From positions 1 through 41,281 of IMG/VR virus record IMGVR_UViG_3300020215_000037: a stretch of DNA of 41,281 nucleotides; one strand, 5' to 3'. The notes below the pieces were generated by a model that saw only the letters and a list, made by a program, of their open reading frames with translations, was not told the DNA's origin and ran no database searches. This document shows positions 7,094 to 14,622 of the stretch, piece by piece; the stretch's first letter is position 1, and each line of letters starts with the position of its first letter. The stretch is from a virus. A program made the translations under genes and the position numbers.

Positions 7094-7824
7094 TCGATGT
7101 CAGGCTCCGAATCGAATCGTCCGGCGTTTGGATCTAGCTCGTCCAAGAAAACCCGCTGCGTTACACCGTTCTTTGATAGTTTGAGAATCGCGTAACCGAT
7201 CTCCCGCTCTACGGCTGCAACGCGGTTAAAATGCTCAGGGAAGTCCTTGCGAATCTTGTTGAAGTAGCCAGCCCCACCCTTTACGCATCCGATACAGTTG
7301 TTATTTTTGTACCCCAATAGGTACATCGCTGGCATCGTGATCCCAGCCTCACGAATGATTCTGTAGCAGTCGGACTTCGTAACGCCTCGATCTCTTAGAA
7401 TCCAATCGCAATCAAGACCGTGGTTGTCCCTTTCGAAGTCCGTGATCCGGCCGGATTCGTCGGCTGTCATGCCGTAAATATCCGTGTCTCCCAGTTGACG
7501 ATAGGCTTTGCCAACCGCGCGTTTCAGTAGCTTCGTGCAGGGGGCTCCGTGGTGCCCCACAATGAATTGCTCCCCTCGAAACACTTCCATAATATCGGCG
7601 TACTTCGGATGTTTGAGGATCTTAACCTCTTTGCCGATCCACCTGGAGACATCAGCCATGAACCTTGCATTGTCTGGGTGCTCAAACTTGAGGGTGTCGC
7701 AATAGAGGATTTCCACTTGGTCATTGGGATACTTTTCAACTGCGAGTTTTGCGGCTACGGTAGAAGCAGCCCCACACGAGAACCAGACAAGTATCCGGCC
7801 TTGAAACATGAAGGTCTGTCTCAT
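7060..7824 (-). CDS. PAPS-reductase-family (PP-loop ATP pyrophosphatase-like) protein
   Basis: ILVWFSCGAAST (a variant of the SGGxDS PP-loop) is followed by VEILYCDTLKFEHPD. There is a C-terminal Cys cluster NNCIGC and CGPQC. Start set at ATG 7824, which is ATGA-coupled to the upstream stop. Confidence 0.55.
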   Translation of the reverse strand: MRQTFMFQGRILVWFSCGAASTVAAKLAVEKYPNDQVEILYCDTLKFEHPDNARFMADVSRWIGKEVKILKHPKYADIMEVFRGEQFIVGHHGAPCTKLLKRAVGKAYRQLGDTDIYGMTADESGRITDFERDNHGLDCDWILRDRGVTKSDCYRIIREAGITMPAMYLLGYKNNNCIGCVKGGAGYFNKIRKDFPEHFNRVAAVEREIGYAILKLSKNGVTQRVFLDELDPNAGRFDSEPDIECGPQCISPTQ

Positions 7825-8309
7825 GCGATGCCAATTACACGACCACCACACGACGGACAGCTCTCGCCTACGGAGATGGCGTTATGGTTAATCGGACATT
7901 CCACCTCCCCTTTCGACGCTTCCTCTTTGGCAGGAATGCAGAGGGCCTCTTGGATTCTCAGCTTTAATTCGCTGGCGTCGTAGTCTGTCATTAGCTCCAT
8001 CAGAGCGCCCTCGGCTTTACCAAGACAGTCCCGCAATGTCTCCATCTGCCCCCTTGCCGCTTCCAGCTCCCTCTCCAGCCTCTCGAACTCGTTTTTGTCA
8101 TGCAGGTTCAACCCGCAATAGCTTGTTCCTTCATCCCCTGAGACGATATGGGGGCATGGCTTGGACCGGAGGGCTTCCAGCTCTGCCTCAAGCTCTGAGA
8201 TGTGGGAGAGGAGTATGAGGTATCCGTCGTTGTAAGGATTGTGGGGCTCGATAGCCTTCATGGCTTCGGCTCCGTTCTTCATCGTTTGTAGATCGTCTTT
8301 GGTCATCAT
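7821..8309 (-). CDS. Coiled-coil protein with C-terminal Zn-ribbon
   Basis: ELEAELEALRS and ERLERELEAARGQ heptads. The C-terminus reads CPINHNAISVGESCPSCGG. Confidence 0.5.
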   Translation of the reverse strand: MMTKDDLQTMKNGAEAMKAIEPHNPYNDGYLILLSHISELEAELEALRSKPCPHIVSGDEGTSYCGLNLHDKNEFERLERELEAARGQMETLRDCLGKAEGALMELMTDYDASELKLRIQEALCIPAKEEASKGEVECPINHNAISVGESCPSCGGRVIGIA

Positions 8310-8479
8310 TTGGAGTCTTTCTTATTTTTAACTCGGTAGAGCATGAAATCGGCAAGCAAGTCCCAGAATTTGAAATGCTTCAGGAGTCTTTCCGCAGTCG
8401 CTTCTACGCACGCCACAAAGCAATAGATCGAGGACGCAATCATCAGGCCGTAGCCAAGCCACATGGCGAAATTATCCAT
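8306..8479 (-). CDS. 57-aa hydrophobic protein (not in the ORF track)
   Basis: Hand translation: MDNFAMWLGYGLMIASSIYCFVACVEATAERLLKHFKFWDLLADFMLYRVKNKKDSK. The stop is ATGA-coupled to ATG 8309. Confidence 0.4.
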   Translation of the reverse strand: MDNFAMWLGYGLMIASSIYCFVACVEATAERLLKHFKFWDLLADFMLYRVKNKKDSK

Positions 8480-9050
8480 GGCTCTCCTCCTTCTCGGCAG
8501 GCGTGGCGGGCGTAATGTCTGCCTCTGCGAGTATTCCTAGAACAGCCTCCTCCAGACAGTCGGTTAACCGTTTGGTGGATAAAAGCCCTTGGGCGAGGTC
8601 TTCAATGGCCTCAAGCCTCACCTCAAGCTCATCGCGCTCCTCTTTCACCGCTCGGAGTTCGGCCATCTGATTCTTTACGGTGGTTTTGAGTAGATTGAGG
8701 CAGTCGGTGATTTGCTCCCCGGCTTCGGCATATCCAAATAGATTCGACCATTCCGGGCTCGCACCAGTAACGAGGTAGTGAAAATGAGATGCGGCTTCTT
8801 CTGCGGCGTCACGTTCAACCATCGCTTGTTCAAGCTTCACCTCCACCGCTCGGAGTTCGGCTTTGTAGATCGTGACCAAGCCCTGCTCAACGAGCACCGC
8901 GTCTCGGAGTTCCTTGGATCTCTTAAGGAGGACTTCTGTATCATATTTGCAAATCTGCAATTCAGACTCTGCCTGAATGCGTGCGTCGTGCTCTTCCGTG
9001 AGAGCTTGGCGAAGATTTAAAAGTTCTTCCGCAATAGTTTGTTCGCTCAT
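8472..9050 (-). CDS. Coiled-coil hypothetical protein (192 aa)
   Basis: Long heptad-rich acidic ORF, ATGA-coupled upstream. Confidence 0.5.
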   Translation of the reverse strand: MSEQTIAEELLNLRQALTEEHDARIQAESELQICKYDTEVLLKRSKELRDAVLVEQGLVTIYKAELRAVEVKLEQAMVERDAAEEAASHFHYLVTGASPEWSNLFGYAEAGEQITDCLNLLKTTVKNQMAELRAVKEERDELEVRLEAIEDLAQGLLSTKRLTDCLEEAVLGILAEADITPATPAEKEESHG

Positions 9051-9637
9051 ATGGACTCCTTTTGTTTTAAGCCAAGCTTCGCAGCTGCTTTCATTTCGTT
9101 CCGTGTGTCTTTCGGGATACAGGGGCCGTCTGGATAGGGGCCTTCATTTACTGTTTCGTAAATGGCCTGCAAAAGGGCCTCCCGCATCACCTCTATAATG
9201 GATTGCGCTTCCCCCAACTCCCCCTCTGCCTGCTCTGCCTTCTCCTTCCATTTGGCCGCATCGTCTCGTGCTTCCCGCTTCTCCCGTATTAGACGGAGAA
9301 TGTTTATGTGAGTCGGTTCATCTGTAGCCGAAGGATCTCCATCCAGAACGCCGTCACACAATGCGAGTTCCTCCCGCAGTACACGCTCTCTCTCGTGTGA
9401 TGCGTCAATCTCAGATTGGCGGGCGTTCCAACCACCCCATGCGATTTCCCTTAAACGGAAATGGAGCCGCTTTCTAACATCCTCCTCGGTTTCAGGATTG
9501 CTGTAATATTCGTCGAAGCTCAGGGGCTCCACACGAGGAGCTACTCCCTCCTGCCCCTCAGGCTTTAACTCCTCTGGCTTTGGGCTCACCGATTCCGGCT
9601 GTTGGGGTGGGGTCGCGTCTTGGGGGTGGGAGTTCAT
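9047..9637 (-). CDS. Hypothetical protein (196 aa)
   Basis: In-phase member of the coupled chain. Confidence 0.5.
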   Translation of the reverse strand: MNSHPQDATPPQQPESVSPKPEELKPEGQEGVAPRVEPLSFDEYYSNPETEEDVRKRLHFRLREIAWGGWNARQSEIDASHERERVLREELALCDGVLDGDPSATDEPTHINILRLIREKREARDDAAKWKEKAEQAEGELGEAQSIIEVMREALLQAIYETVNEGPYPDGPCIPKDTRNEMKAAAKLGLKQKESI

Positions 9638-10104
9638 GCAACCCTCTGGTTCATTTCAATAATTTTGCAATCCCCACTCTGGATGGCGACGGCCTTAAGT
9701 GAGTCTACATTCCAAAGTCTTCGCACCCCATGTCCCCGCATAGCAACTGGCACATGTTCTTTGCGTAGGTTACCGATCATGGCATTAACGGCGTTCCAAG
9801 TGCGGCCAAGCTCTATTCCAATCTCTTCGCATGTTGCCTTTTCTTCCCTACGGCGAATCAGGTATTCCACCTCCCCTTGAGTCCAAGATTTATTAGACCT
9901 ACCAGCGACATGTCCTTTTGTTCTGCGTTCAAGAGGAACTCCATTGCTTCGCAACTTGCCGACCATTTTGAGCACTGAAGCCGTTGTAACTTCCAACTTG
10001 GTCGCAATATCAGATACGCTTTCGCGAGATGCCCACATTTGCATGAGCAAACGTAGTTCTTCTGTTGTCCAGCGGTGACCTGTGTAATGTAATGTTTTTT
10101 TCAT
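9634..10104 (-). CDS. DNA-binding protein with two tandem GcrA-N-terminal/Myb-like HTH repeats
   Basis: Repeat 1 is HRWTTEELRLLMQMWASRESVSDIATKLEVTTASVLKMVGKLR. Repeat 2 is KSWTQGEVEYLIRRREEKATCEEIGIELGRTWNAVNAMIGNLR. Confidence 0.4.
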   Translation of the reverse strand: MKKTLHYTGHRWTTEELRLLMQMWASRESVSDIATKLEVTTASVLKMVGKLRSNGVPLERRTKGHVAGRSNKSWTQGEVEYLIRRREEKATCEEIGIELGRTWNAVNAMIGNLRKEHVPVAMRGHGVRRLWNVDSLKAVAIQSGDCKIIEMNQRVA

Positions 10105-10108
10105 AAAT

Positions 10109-10276
10109 TTACTTCCTCTGGAGATTTTCGATGAAGGCGATAGTAGCCCTTGCGTTTCTTCTGGCGGGGCTGCTTCTTGGATGAAGCGCGATTTGCTTCA
10201 AGGTCTGCATGGTCAGTTCGAGCATTTTCTCAGTGAGATCATTCTTGTCTTTCCAGTAATAGGCGTCCTTTTTCAT
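10109..10276 (-). CDS. Hypothetical protein (55 aa; internal start of track ORF 10109-10405)
   Basis: ATG 10276 (MKKDAYYW) lies 5 nt after the stop of 10281-10514. The longer form would overlap that gene in another frame. Confidence 0.4.
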   Translation of the reverse strand: MKKDAYYWKDKNDLTEKMLELTMQTLKQIALHPRSSPARRNARATIAFIENLQRK

Positions 10277-10280
10277 ACTC

Positions 10281-10514
10281 TTATTTCCTCCTCTTTGTGG
10301 TGCGCTTGGGGGTGCGCTTGGGGGTGATGGGGCGGCGGGATGATATTTTTCGGTTAAGAGCTCCCAGTTCCCGAGCTGCATGCAAATAGGAGAGGGCCAT
10401 TCCAAGATATGGGGGAGACTTACCCTCCTTCCATTGGGCTTTCTTTTCTCTTCCTAAGGCTCGGAAGTATTCTTCCATGTGCTGGAGCCGTCCTTTAATT
10501 TCGGAAATCTTCAT
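10281..10514 (-). CDS. Hypothetical basic-tailed protein (77 aa)
   Basis: ATGA-coupled upstream. The C-terminus is PKRTPKRTTKRRK. Confidence 0.45.
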   Translation of the reverse strand: MKISEIKGRLQHMEEYFRALGREKKAQWKEGKSPPYLGMALSYLHAARELGALNRKISSRRPITPKRTPKRTTKRRK

Positions 10515-10879
10515 CGTTTTCCTTTCATGCGCTTGGGTTGGAGCTTGATACGCTCGCTATTGGCCATGAGCGTGTCGCACACTTTGTCCCAGTGCTTACG
10601 CTCGTTGAGCTTACAAATGGCGAACGATACCAATTTGCGAAGACGGGCGTTCGATTCTCCCAACTCCTTCACCTCTGCCCTTAGTCGTCTGTACTCGCCA
10701 AGGGACACGAGCATGTAGGGCTTTTCATCCAAAGCGTATTTATTCATCCAACGCTGAACATGATAATTAGCAGCCCATACCTTCACCGCACCACACGACT
10801 TAGAGGGCCTCTTTGTCAGAGGGCGTTTCAACTCTCCCCCTGCCTTCACCTTCAGCGCCTTCCCCTTACTCTTGCTCAT
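10511..10879 (-). CDS. Hypothetical basic protein (122 aa)
   Basis: ATGA-coupled at both ends. Confidence 0.5.
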   Translation of the reverse strand: MSKSKGKALKVKAGGELKRPLTKRPSKSCGAVKVWAANYHVQRWMNKYALDEKPYMLVSLGEYRRLRAEVKELGESNARLRKLVSFAICKLNERKHWDKVCDTLMANSERIKLQPKRMKGKR

Positions 10880-11097
10880 AAAACCTCCTTGGGGCTAACA
10901 GCGTTCTTGGTGGAATCGGCTTTCTTGTCGGTTTGAGGCCAAATCTCCCCACAAAAATCTGGCCAACATTGGATGCAGATATGGGCCACACACGGATCAC
11001 TGTTGGAATTGGGCGCGTGGATTTTAAGGATGTAATTTTGCGCCATGTGTGCCTCCTCGAGTTTTTTACACCTATCGCATTTGATCATGTTGCTCAT
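10876..11097 (-). CDS. Zn-ribbon-like small protein (73 aa)
   Basis: Contains CDRCKK ... CIQCWPDFC. Confidence 0.5.
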   Translation of the reverse strand: MSNMIKCDRCKKLEEAHMAQNYILKIHAPNSNSDPCVAHICIQCWPDFCGEIWPQTDKKADSTKNAVSPKEVL

Positions 11098-11414
11098 TGG
11101 GGATCCTTGAGTGCGGCTTTTGCGTCCTCAATCAGTTCATCCAACGTGAGATCGCATCCTCCTGCATCGTCATACAATAATTCAGGATTGAACTTAGCTA
11201 ACCGTGCAATAAGCTCCTCCATCCTCCCGATCCTCTCGGCCTGGGATGCGGCTCCAGCGGCGTAGGCGGCGTTCCACGCTCTTTCAGAGATGTGCTGATC
11301 ACGTTCGTACCTCTCGTGTGTTTCGTGCATCTGATGAGGACTGGGAGGGATGGTCATTGAGTTCCACCATTCCAAATGATTCTTTGCTGGCGCTGGCGGT
11401 TGAGGGGGAGTCAT
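11094..11414 (-). CDS. Hypothetical protein (106 aa; start moved to ATG 11414)
   Basis: ATG 11414 follows the TAA of the 59-aa ORF by 4 nt. The longer track form (to 11456) would overlap that ORF. Confidence 0.45.
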   Translation of the reverse strand: MTPPQPPAPAKNHLEWWNSMTIPPSPHQMHETHERYERDQHISERAWNAAYAAGAASQAERIGRMEELIARLAKFNPELLYDDAGGCDLTLDELIEDAKAALKDPQ

Positions 11415-11418
11415 AGGA

Positions 11419-11598
11419 TTATTCAGAAAATGATTCGAATGGGCATATTGCCGCAAAGAAAGCGCCTGCGAGAGAAAACATCACGAAGAGCGCAAGCTTA
11501 GGGCATCGGTGAAACTCTTCTCCCGTAAGCCAGAAGATGAACAATCCGCTGCAAAATACGGCTACGGCGAGTAAGATTCTAAATATCAAATATTTCAT
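11419..11598 (-). CDS. 59-aa two-TM hydrophobic protein (not in the ORF track)
   Basis: Hand translation: MKYLIFRILLAVAVFCSGLFIFWLTGEEFHRCPKLALFVMFSLAGAFFAAICPFESFSE. The ATG is ATGA-coupled to the stop of 11595-11816. Confidence 0.4.
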   Translation of the reverse strand: MKYLIFRILLAVAVFCSGLFIFWLTGEEFHRCPKLALFVMFSLAGAFFAAICPFESFSE

Positions 11599-11816
11599 AG
11601 TAATTGCAGCTGTTTGGCAGTAGCTGTGATGCGGTTACGAGGAACTAAGACGATGGATTCGTTGAGTAAGTCTCCTCCGAGCGAGTCCTCAACCAGTGTG
11701 ATCAATTCGCGCTTCGTCGTGAAAGTGCGGCCACAAAGGCGCCCATAGCGTTGTGAAATCGCTTCCCAATGGTGCGCCCCTGGGTGACAGATATGATAGG
11801 AGACGAATGAAGTCAT
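11595..11816 (-). CDS. Hypothetical protein (73 aa)
   Basis: ATGA-coupled at both ends. Confidence 0.5.
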   Translation of the reverse strand: MTSFVSYHICHPGAHHWEAISQRYGRLCGRTFTTKRELITLVEDSLGGDLLNESIVLVPRNRITATAKQLQLL

Positions 11817-12200
11817 ATTCTTTCTATGGTGATCGTTGCGCCTTCTTCACCTTTTGCGACGTAGTGCGTGCTTTGGGAGTTTTGGGGTATCCATGCCAGC
11901 GAGTCGTCTAGAGGCACGTGTGAGGCAATCCATGATTGTTGCGAGCATCCCATCATTGTCCCGAGTTCGATGGTCTGAGATATTCCATACAATTGTGACT
12001 CGATACTTCGGATGATCGCGTCCATTCGAAGCTTGTACTTTGGAGCTAGAAAGAGCCTTTTGTTTCCGATTCTCTTTCGATTCTTGAAGCTCAGGACATG
12101 GCCCAAGCCTTTGATGTGAATCACAATTGGCGGCGATGGCGGCAGCGGTTGCTTTTGGGAAGAATCGTCGGAATTCATTTGGGGTGATGTTTCGGCTCAT
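11813..12200 (-). CDS. rusA: RusA-like Holliday-junction resolvase split over two frames (needs a +1 shift near 11905-11915)
   Basis: The frame from ATG 12200 gives YRVTIVWNISDHRTRDNDGMLATIMDCLTRAS. The +1 frame then gives LDDSLAWIPQNSQSTHYVAKGEEGATITIERI. Together they are colinear with the RusA core ([30 protein letters not shown]). Confidence 0.5.
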
Positions 12201-12280
12201 AACTTCATTGCCAGCCATACGCAGGCTAAGAGGACTGCAAAGCCAATGGCGTCAGTTAAGGTTGGGTGGGAGAGGTCCAT
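12197..12280 (-). CDS. 27-aa hydrophobic micro-ORF
   Basis: MDLSHPTLTDAIGFAVLLACVWLAMKL. It starts 2 nt after the upstream stop, and its stop is ATGA-coupled to ATG 12200. Confidence 0.3.
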   Translation of the reverse strand: MDLSHPTLTDAIGFAVLLACVWLAMKL

Positions 12281-12282
12281 TT

Positions 12283-12579
12283 TCAGTTAGTTGCAAGGCG
12301 GTCGAGTCGGTTGCCAGTCTTAAAGCCCCATATCTTGCCTTCCGCCGTTTCCAGGAAGAGGTTGCAGGCATGGCAGGAGGCTTTTTGATATTCAGGATCA
12401 AGGAATCTAGATCCCCATCGCCCCTTGAGATGGTGACGGCATTGTGTAGCTCCAGTGCAAGCAGGGCTTCTTACTTCGCATGTGGGATGCTCTTCTAGAA
12501 ATTCCGGCCATTGAGCATTTCGAATGCGGGATTCCTTTGCTCGACGCTTGGAGATTCGGCGTAATGGGGAGCGCTTCAT
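12283..12579 (-). CDS. HNH-type (His-Me finger) nuclease-like protein
   Basis: N-terminus MKRSPLRRISKRRAK. This is followed by CEV..PACTGATQCRHHLKGRWG....LDPEYQKASCHACN, which fits the pattern C..C...HH....N...C..C. Confidence 0.5.
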   Translation of the reverse strand: MKRSPLRRISKRRAKESRIRNAQWPEFLEEHPTCEVRSPACTGATQCRHHLKGRWGSRFLDPEYQKASCHACNLFLETAEGKIWGFKTGNRLDRLATN

Positions 12580-12689
12580 TGGGAAATAAAGAGGTAAGCG
12601 AATTTTGCGGCCATGATTGCCATTGATGCGACCATTACGAATCCTGCTATAAGCGTCAGGCGGAACATGATTTCTTCAAAATTCCTCAT
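12576..12689 (-). CDS. 37-aa hydrophobic micro-ORF
   Basis: MRNFEEIMFRLTLIAGFVMVASMAIMAAKFAYLFISQ. ATGA overlaps occur at both ends. Confidence 0.35.
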   Translation of the reverse strand: MRNFEEIMFRLTLIAGFVMVASMAIMAAKFAYLFISQ

Positions 12690-12895
12690 TTCACTCTCCA
12701 ATGATAAAGAATCCCATAGACTGCCTCTATGACGCCTTCCTTCTCTAGCTCTGCGATGGCTTCGACGATGAGTGTCCCATCCTCGCCTTTGGGATCTCCC
12801 AAGGCTTCAGCAATGGACAAGTAAGTACTCGTCCCGCTCGGGAGCATCTTGATTGCCTCGATGACAAGAGTTTTCATTTCTTCCATGGGGGTCAT
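12686..12895 (-). CDS. Small winged-helix-like protein (69 aa; internal start of the track ORF)
   Basis: ATG 12895 (MTPMEEMKTLVIEAIKML...) is ATGA-coupled to the 23-aa micro-ORF. The longer form would overlap 12960-13676. Confidence 0.45.
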   Translation of the reverse strand: MTPMEEMKTLVIEAIKMLPSGTSTYLSIAEALGDPKGEDGTLIVEAIAELEKEGVIEAVYGILYHWRVK

Positions 12896-12963
12896 AGGTA
12901 AGTGGCTCCGATAAGTAAGGCCGCGGCGATGTAGGCTAGGATGATGTCGAGATATGGGGTCAT
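12892..12963 (-). CDS. 23-aa hydrophobic micro-ORF
   Basis: MTPYLDIILAYIAAALLIGATYL. ATGA overlaps occur at both ends. Confidence 0.25.
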   Translation of the reverse strand: MTPYLDIILAYIAAALLIGATYL

Positions 12964-13676
12964 CGGCGCGTGGTTGTGCTGGACTCTTCCCAGACTTCGA
13001 GTCCGGGAATATTCCGGTTGACGGCAATGGCGACATTGACCTTGCTCTTCACGTCCAGGATCTCGCAAAGGTCGGGGCGTGCGGCAAAGAGGGCATTCAT
13101 ATCGAGAACCCGATATTTCAAAGTCGTGCGGGTGATCGTGCCTTCAACTTTGGTCGCCTTGATGGGCTCGGCGCTCACAATGGCTTCCACCTTTGCGGCG
13201 GCAGCCTCCTGTGCAGGCTTATCGTTGGCGGCAGCAGCTTTCCGGCGTTCATCCTCGGCTTTCTGAAACTCGGCAAGCCTCGCTCTTTCTGCTTCCTCGG
13301 CCTTACGGCGCTTCTCGGCCTGAAACGATCCAAGGACCTTCCCGATGCGTGCCTTTTCGGGCTCCAACTCTTTGGAGTAAGTCTTGGCCAATCCGTCGAT
13401 GATCTTACCCAGAGCAGTAAGAGGGCTTTTCAACTCAAGGCGGGAAGCCTCGACTCCACGCAGAGCCCCGTCAACCTCCGCAAGAATGGCCACTCCCATC
13501 TTCTCTTCGTCATCGTCTTCAATCGTGGTAATGCTCCGGGCTCTTTCGAGTGCCTTGGCCTTGAGGGCCATGATGTCCGATGAAAGCTCAATATTGGCAT
13601 TGGAGATTTCCTCAATTTGCGAGGATAACTCCTTGATGCGTTCCAATGTGGTTGGTGTTGCGAGTGCAGTGGTCAT
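12960..13676 (-). CDS. Coiled-coil recombination-associated protein (Gp157/Gam-like position next to erf)
   Basis: 238 aa with a long charged coiled coil (AEKRRKAEEAERARLAEFQKAEDERRKAAAA). It lies immediately downstream of the ERF gene. No specific family is recognised. Confidence 0.35.
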   Translation of the reverse strand: MTTALATPTTLERIKELSSQIEEISNANIELSSDIMALKAKALERARSITTIEDDDEEKMGVAILAEVDGALRGVEASRLELKSPLTALGKIIDGLAKTYSKELEPEKARIGKVLGSFQAEKRRKAEEAERARLAEFQKAEDERRKAAAANDKPAQEAAAAKVEAIVSAEPIKATKVEGTITRTTLKYRVLDMNALFAARPDLCEILDVKSKVNVAIAVNRNIPGLEVWEESSTTTRR

Positions 13677-13677
13677 A

Positions 13678-14607
13678 TTAGGCGGCGTTCTGGTGAGATT
13701 TCATGAAGTCGGCGTGCCAAGCGGCGAGAGCCTTCAGAAGCGTTTCGTCCTGGGGAGTGGCCGAAGACGTGTGGTTATCGAAAAGCCATTGCAGCATGAT
13801 GGGTTTTAATTCCCCCAACTTCTTGCCGTGAGCTTTGGTGTTGAGATGACAGACAACATCCTGCCAATTCTCTACGGGCTCTTGGTCAATCCCCCCTTCA
13901 GCATCGGGTTGAGACGAGGACTCAGCTCGGGCAGCGAAGTCTTTCGCGGCTTCATCGAGAGCCAGACGCAAGTCAGAATCGGCTCCGTTCACCGTCCCAT
14001 TAAAGGGCTTCGGCTGCCATTCCTTGATGTACCAACCGAGAGTGGAAATTTCGGAGAGCTTCTTTCCCTTGTGCTTGCCGAAGTGCATCACGACATCCTG
14101 CCAAGGACCGTTGAAAGCCGATGGAGCGAATTTGCCGGGAGCAGGAGATGGACGAGGAGCCTCTTTCGCAATCTCATGAGATTGCCTGTCGGGATCGTTG
14201 TCTTCCTCGGTAGGAATTAAAAACGCCTGCATGAGGGCGTACTTGAGGCCCACGGAGAGAGCTTTATTCATGGCCTTGTCTCCTGAGTCCATCGCCTCAC
14301 CAACGACGAAAGATTCGACGCAAGAACCGTCTTCAGTCCAAAACTTGAAGGTGATCTTTGCGAGGATGTGAGTCATCTTCGCGCCCTTCGTTGTCACAAC
14401 GTCATGTTTCTCAAAATCCGTGACGTTGGTTGTGATGAAGACCTTATGTTTGGCGAAGAGTGAGTGCAGCTCGTTGTAAACGTCGTCGATTCCACGGAAG
14501 CGGAATCCTTGCTGCTCGTTTTTACGGTCTTTGGTGATCGCTCCGGTTTCGGAGAGGATCGCGGCCATTTTGGAGAAGATGAGAGGAGGGGTAGTCATGG
14601 TTTCCAT
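13678..14607 (-). CDS. erf: ERF-family single-strand annealing protein with duplicated C-terminal module
   Basis: FRFRGIDDVYNELHSLFAKHKVF and DSGDKAMNKALSVGLKYALMQAFLIPTEE are the ERF core signatures. Confidence 0.8.
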   Translation of the reverse strand: METMTTPPLIFSKMAAILSETGAITKDRKNEQQGFRFRGIDDVYNELHSLFAKHKVFITTNVTDFEKHDVVTTKGAKMTHILAKITFKFWTEDGSCVESFVVGEAMDSGDKAMNKALSVGLKYALMQAFLIPTEEDNDPDRQSHEIAKEAPRPSPAPGKFAPSAFNGPWQDVVMHFGKHKGKKLSEISTLGWYIKEWQPKPFNGTVNGADSDLRLALDEAAKDFAARAESSSQPDAEGGIDQEPVENWQDVVCHLNTKAHGKKLGELKPIMLQWLFDNHTSSATPQDETLLKALAAWHADFMKSHQNAA

Positions 14608-14622
14608 ACTTTAAAAGTTGAA

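Noticed and set aside
11813-12178. Treating the 121-aa track ORF as an intact RusA, or as carrying two compensating frameshifts.
   Set aside because: Its N-terminal two-thirds show only vague similarity and lack the D.DN acidic motif. The other frame carries that motif and is the one ATGA-coupled to the upstream ORF. A single +1 shift explains everything more simply.
12954-13583. 209-aa + strand ORF; also 3567-4067, 562-957 and other long antisense ORFs in the track.
   Set aside because: They lie antisense to ORFs that are well supported by motifs or by operon coupling. They have Gly/Leu/Arg-rich skewed composition and no coupling to neighbours.
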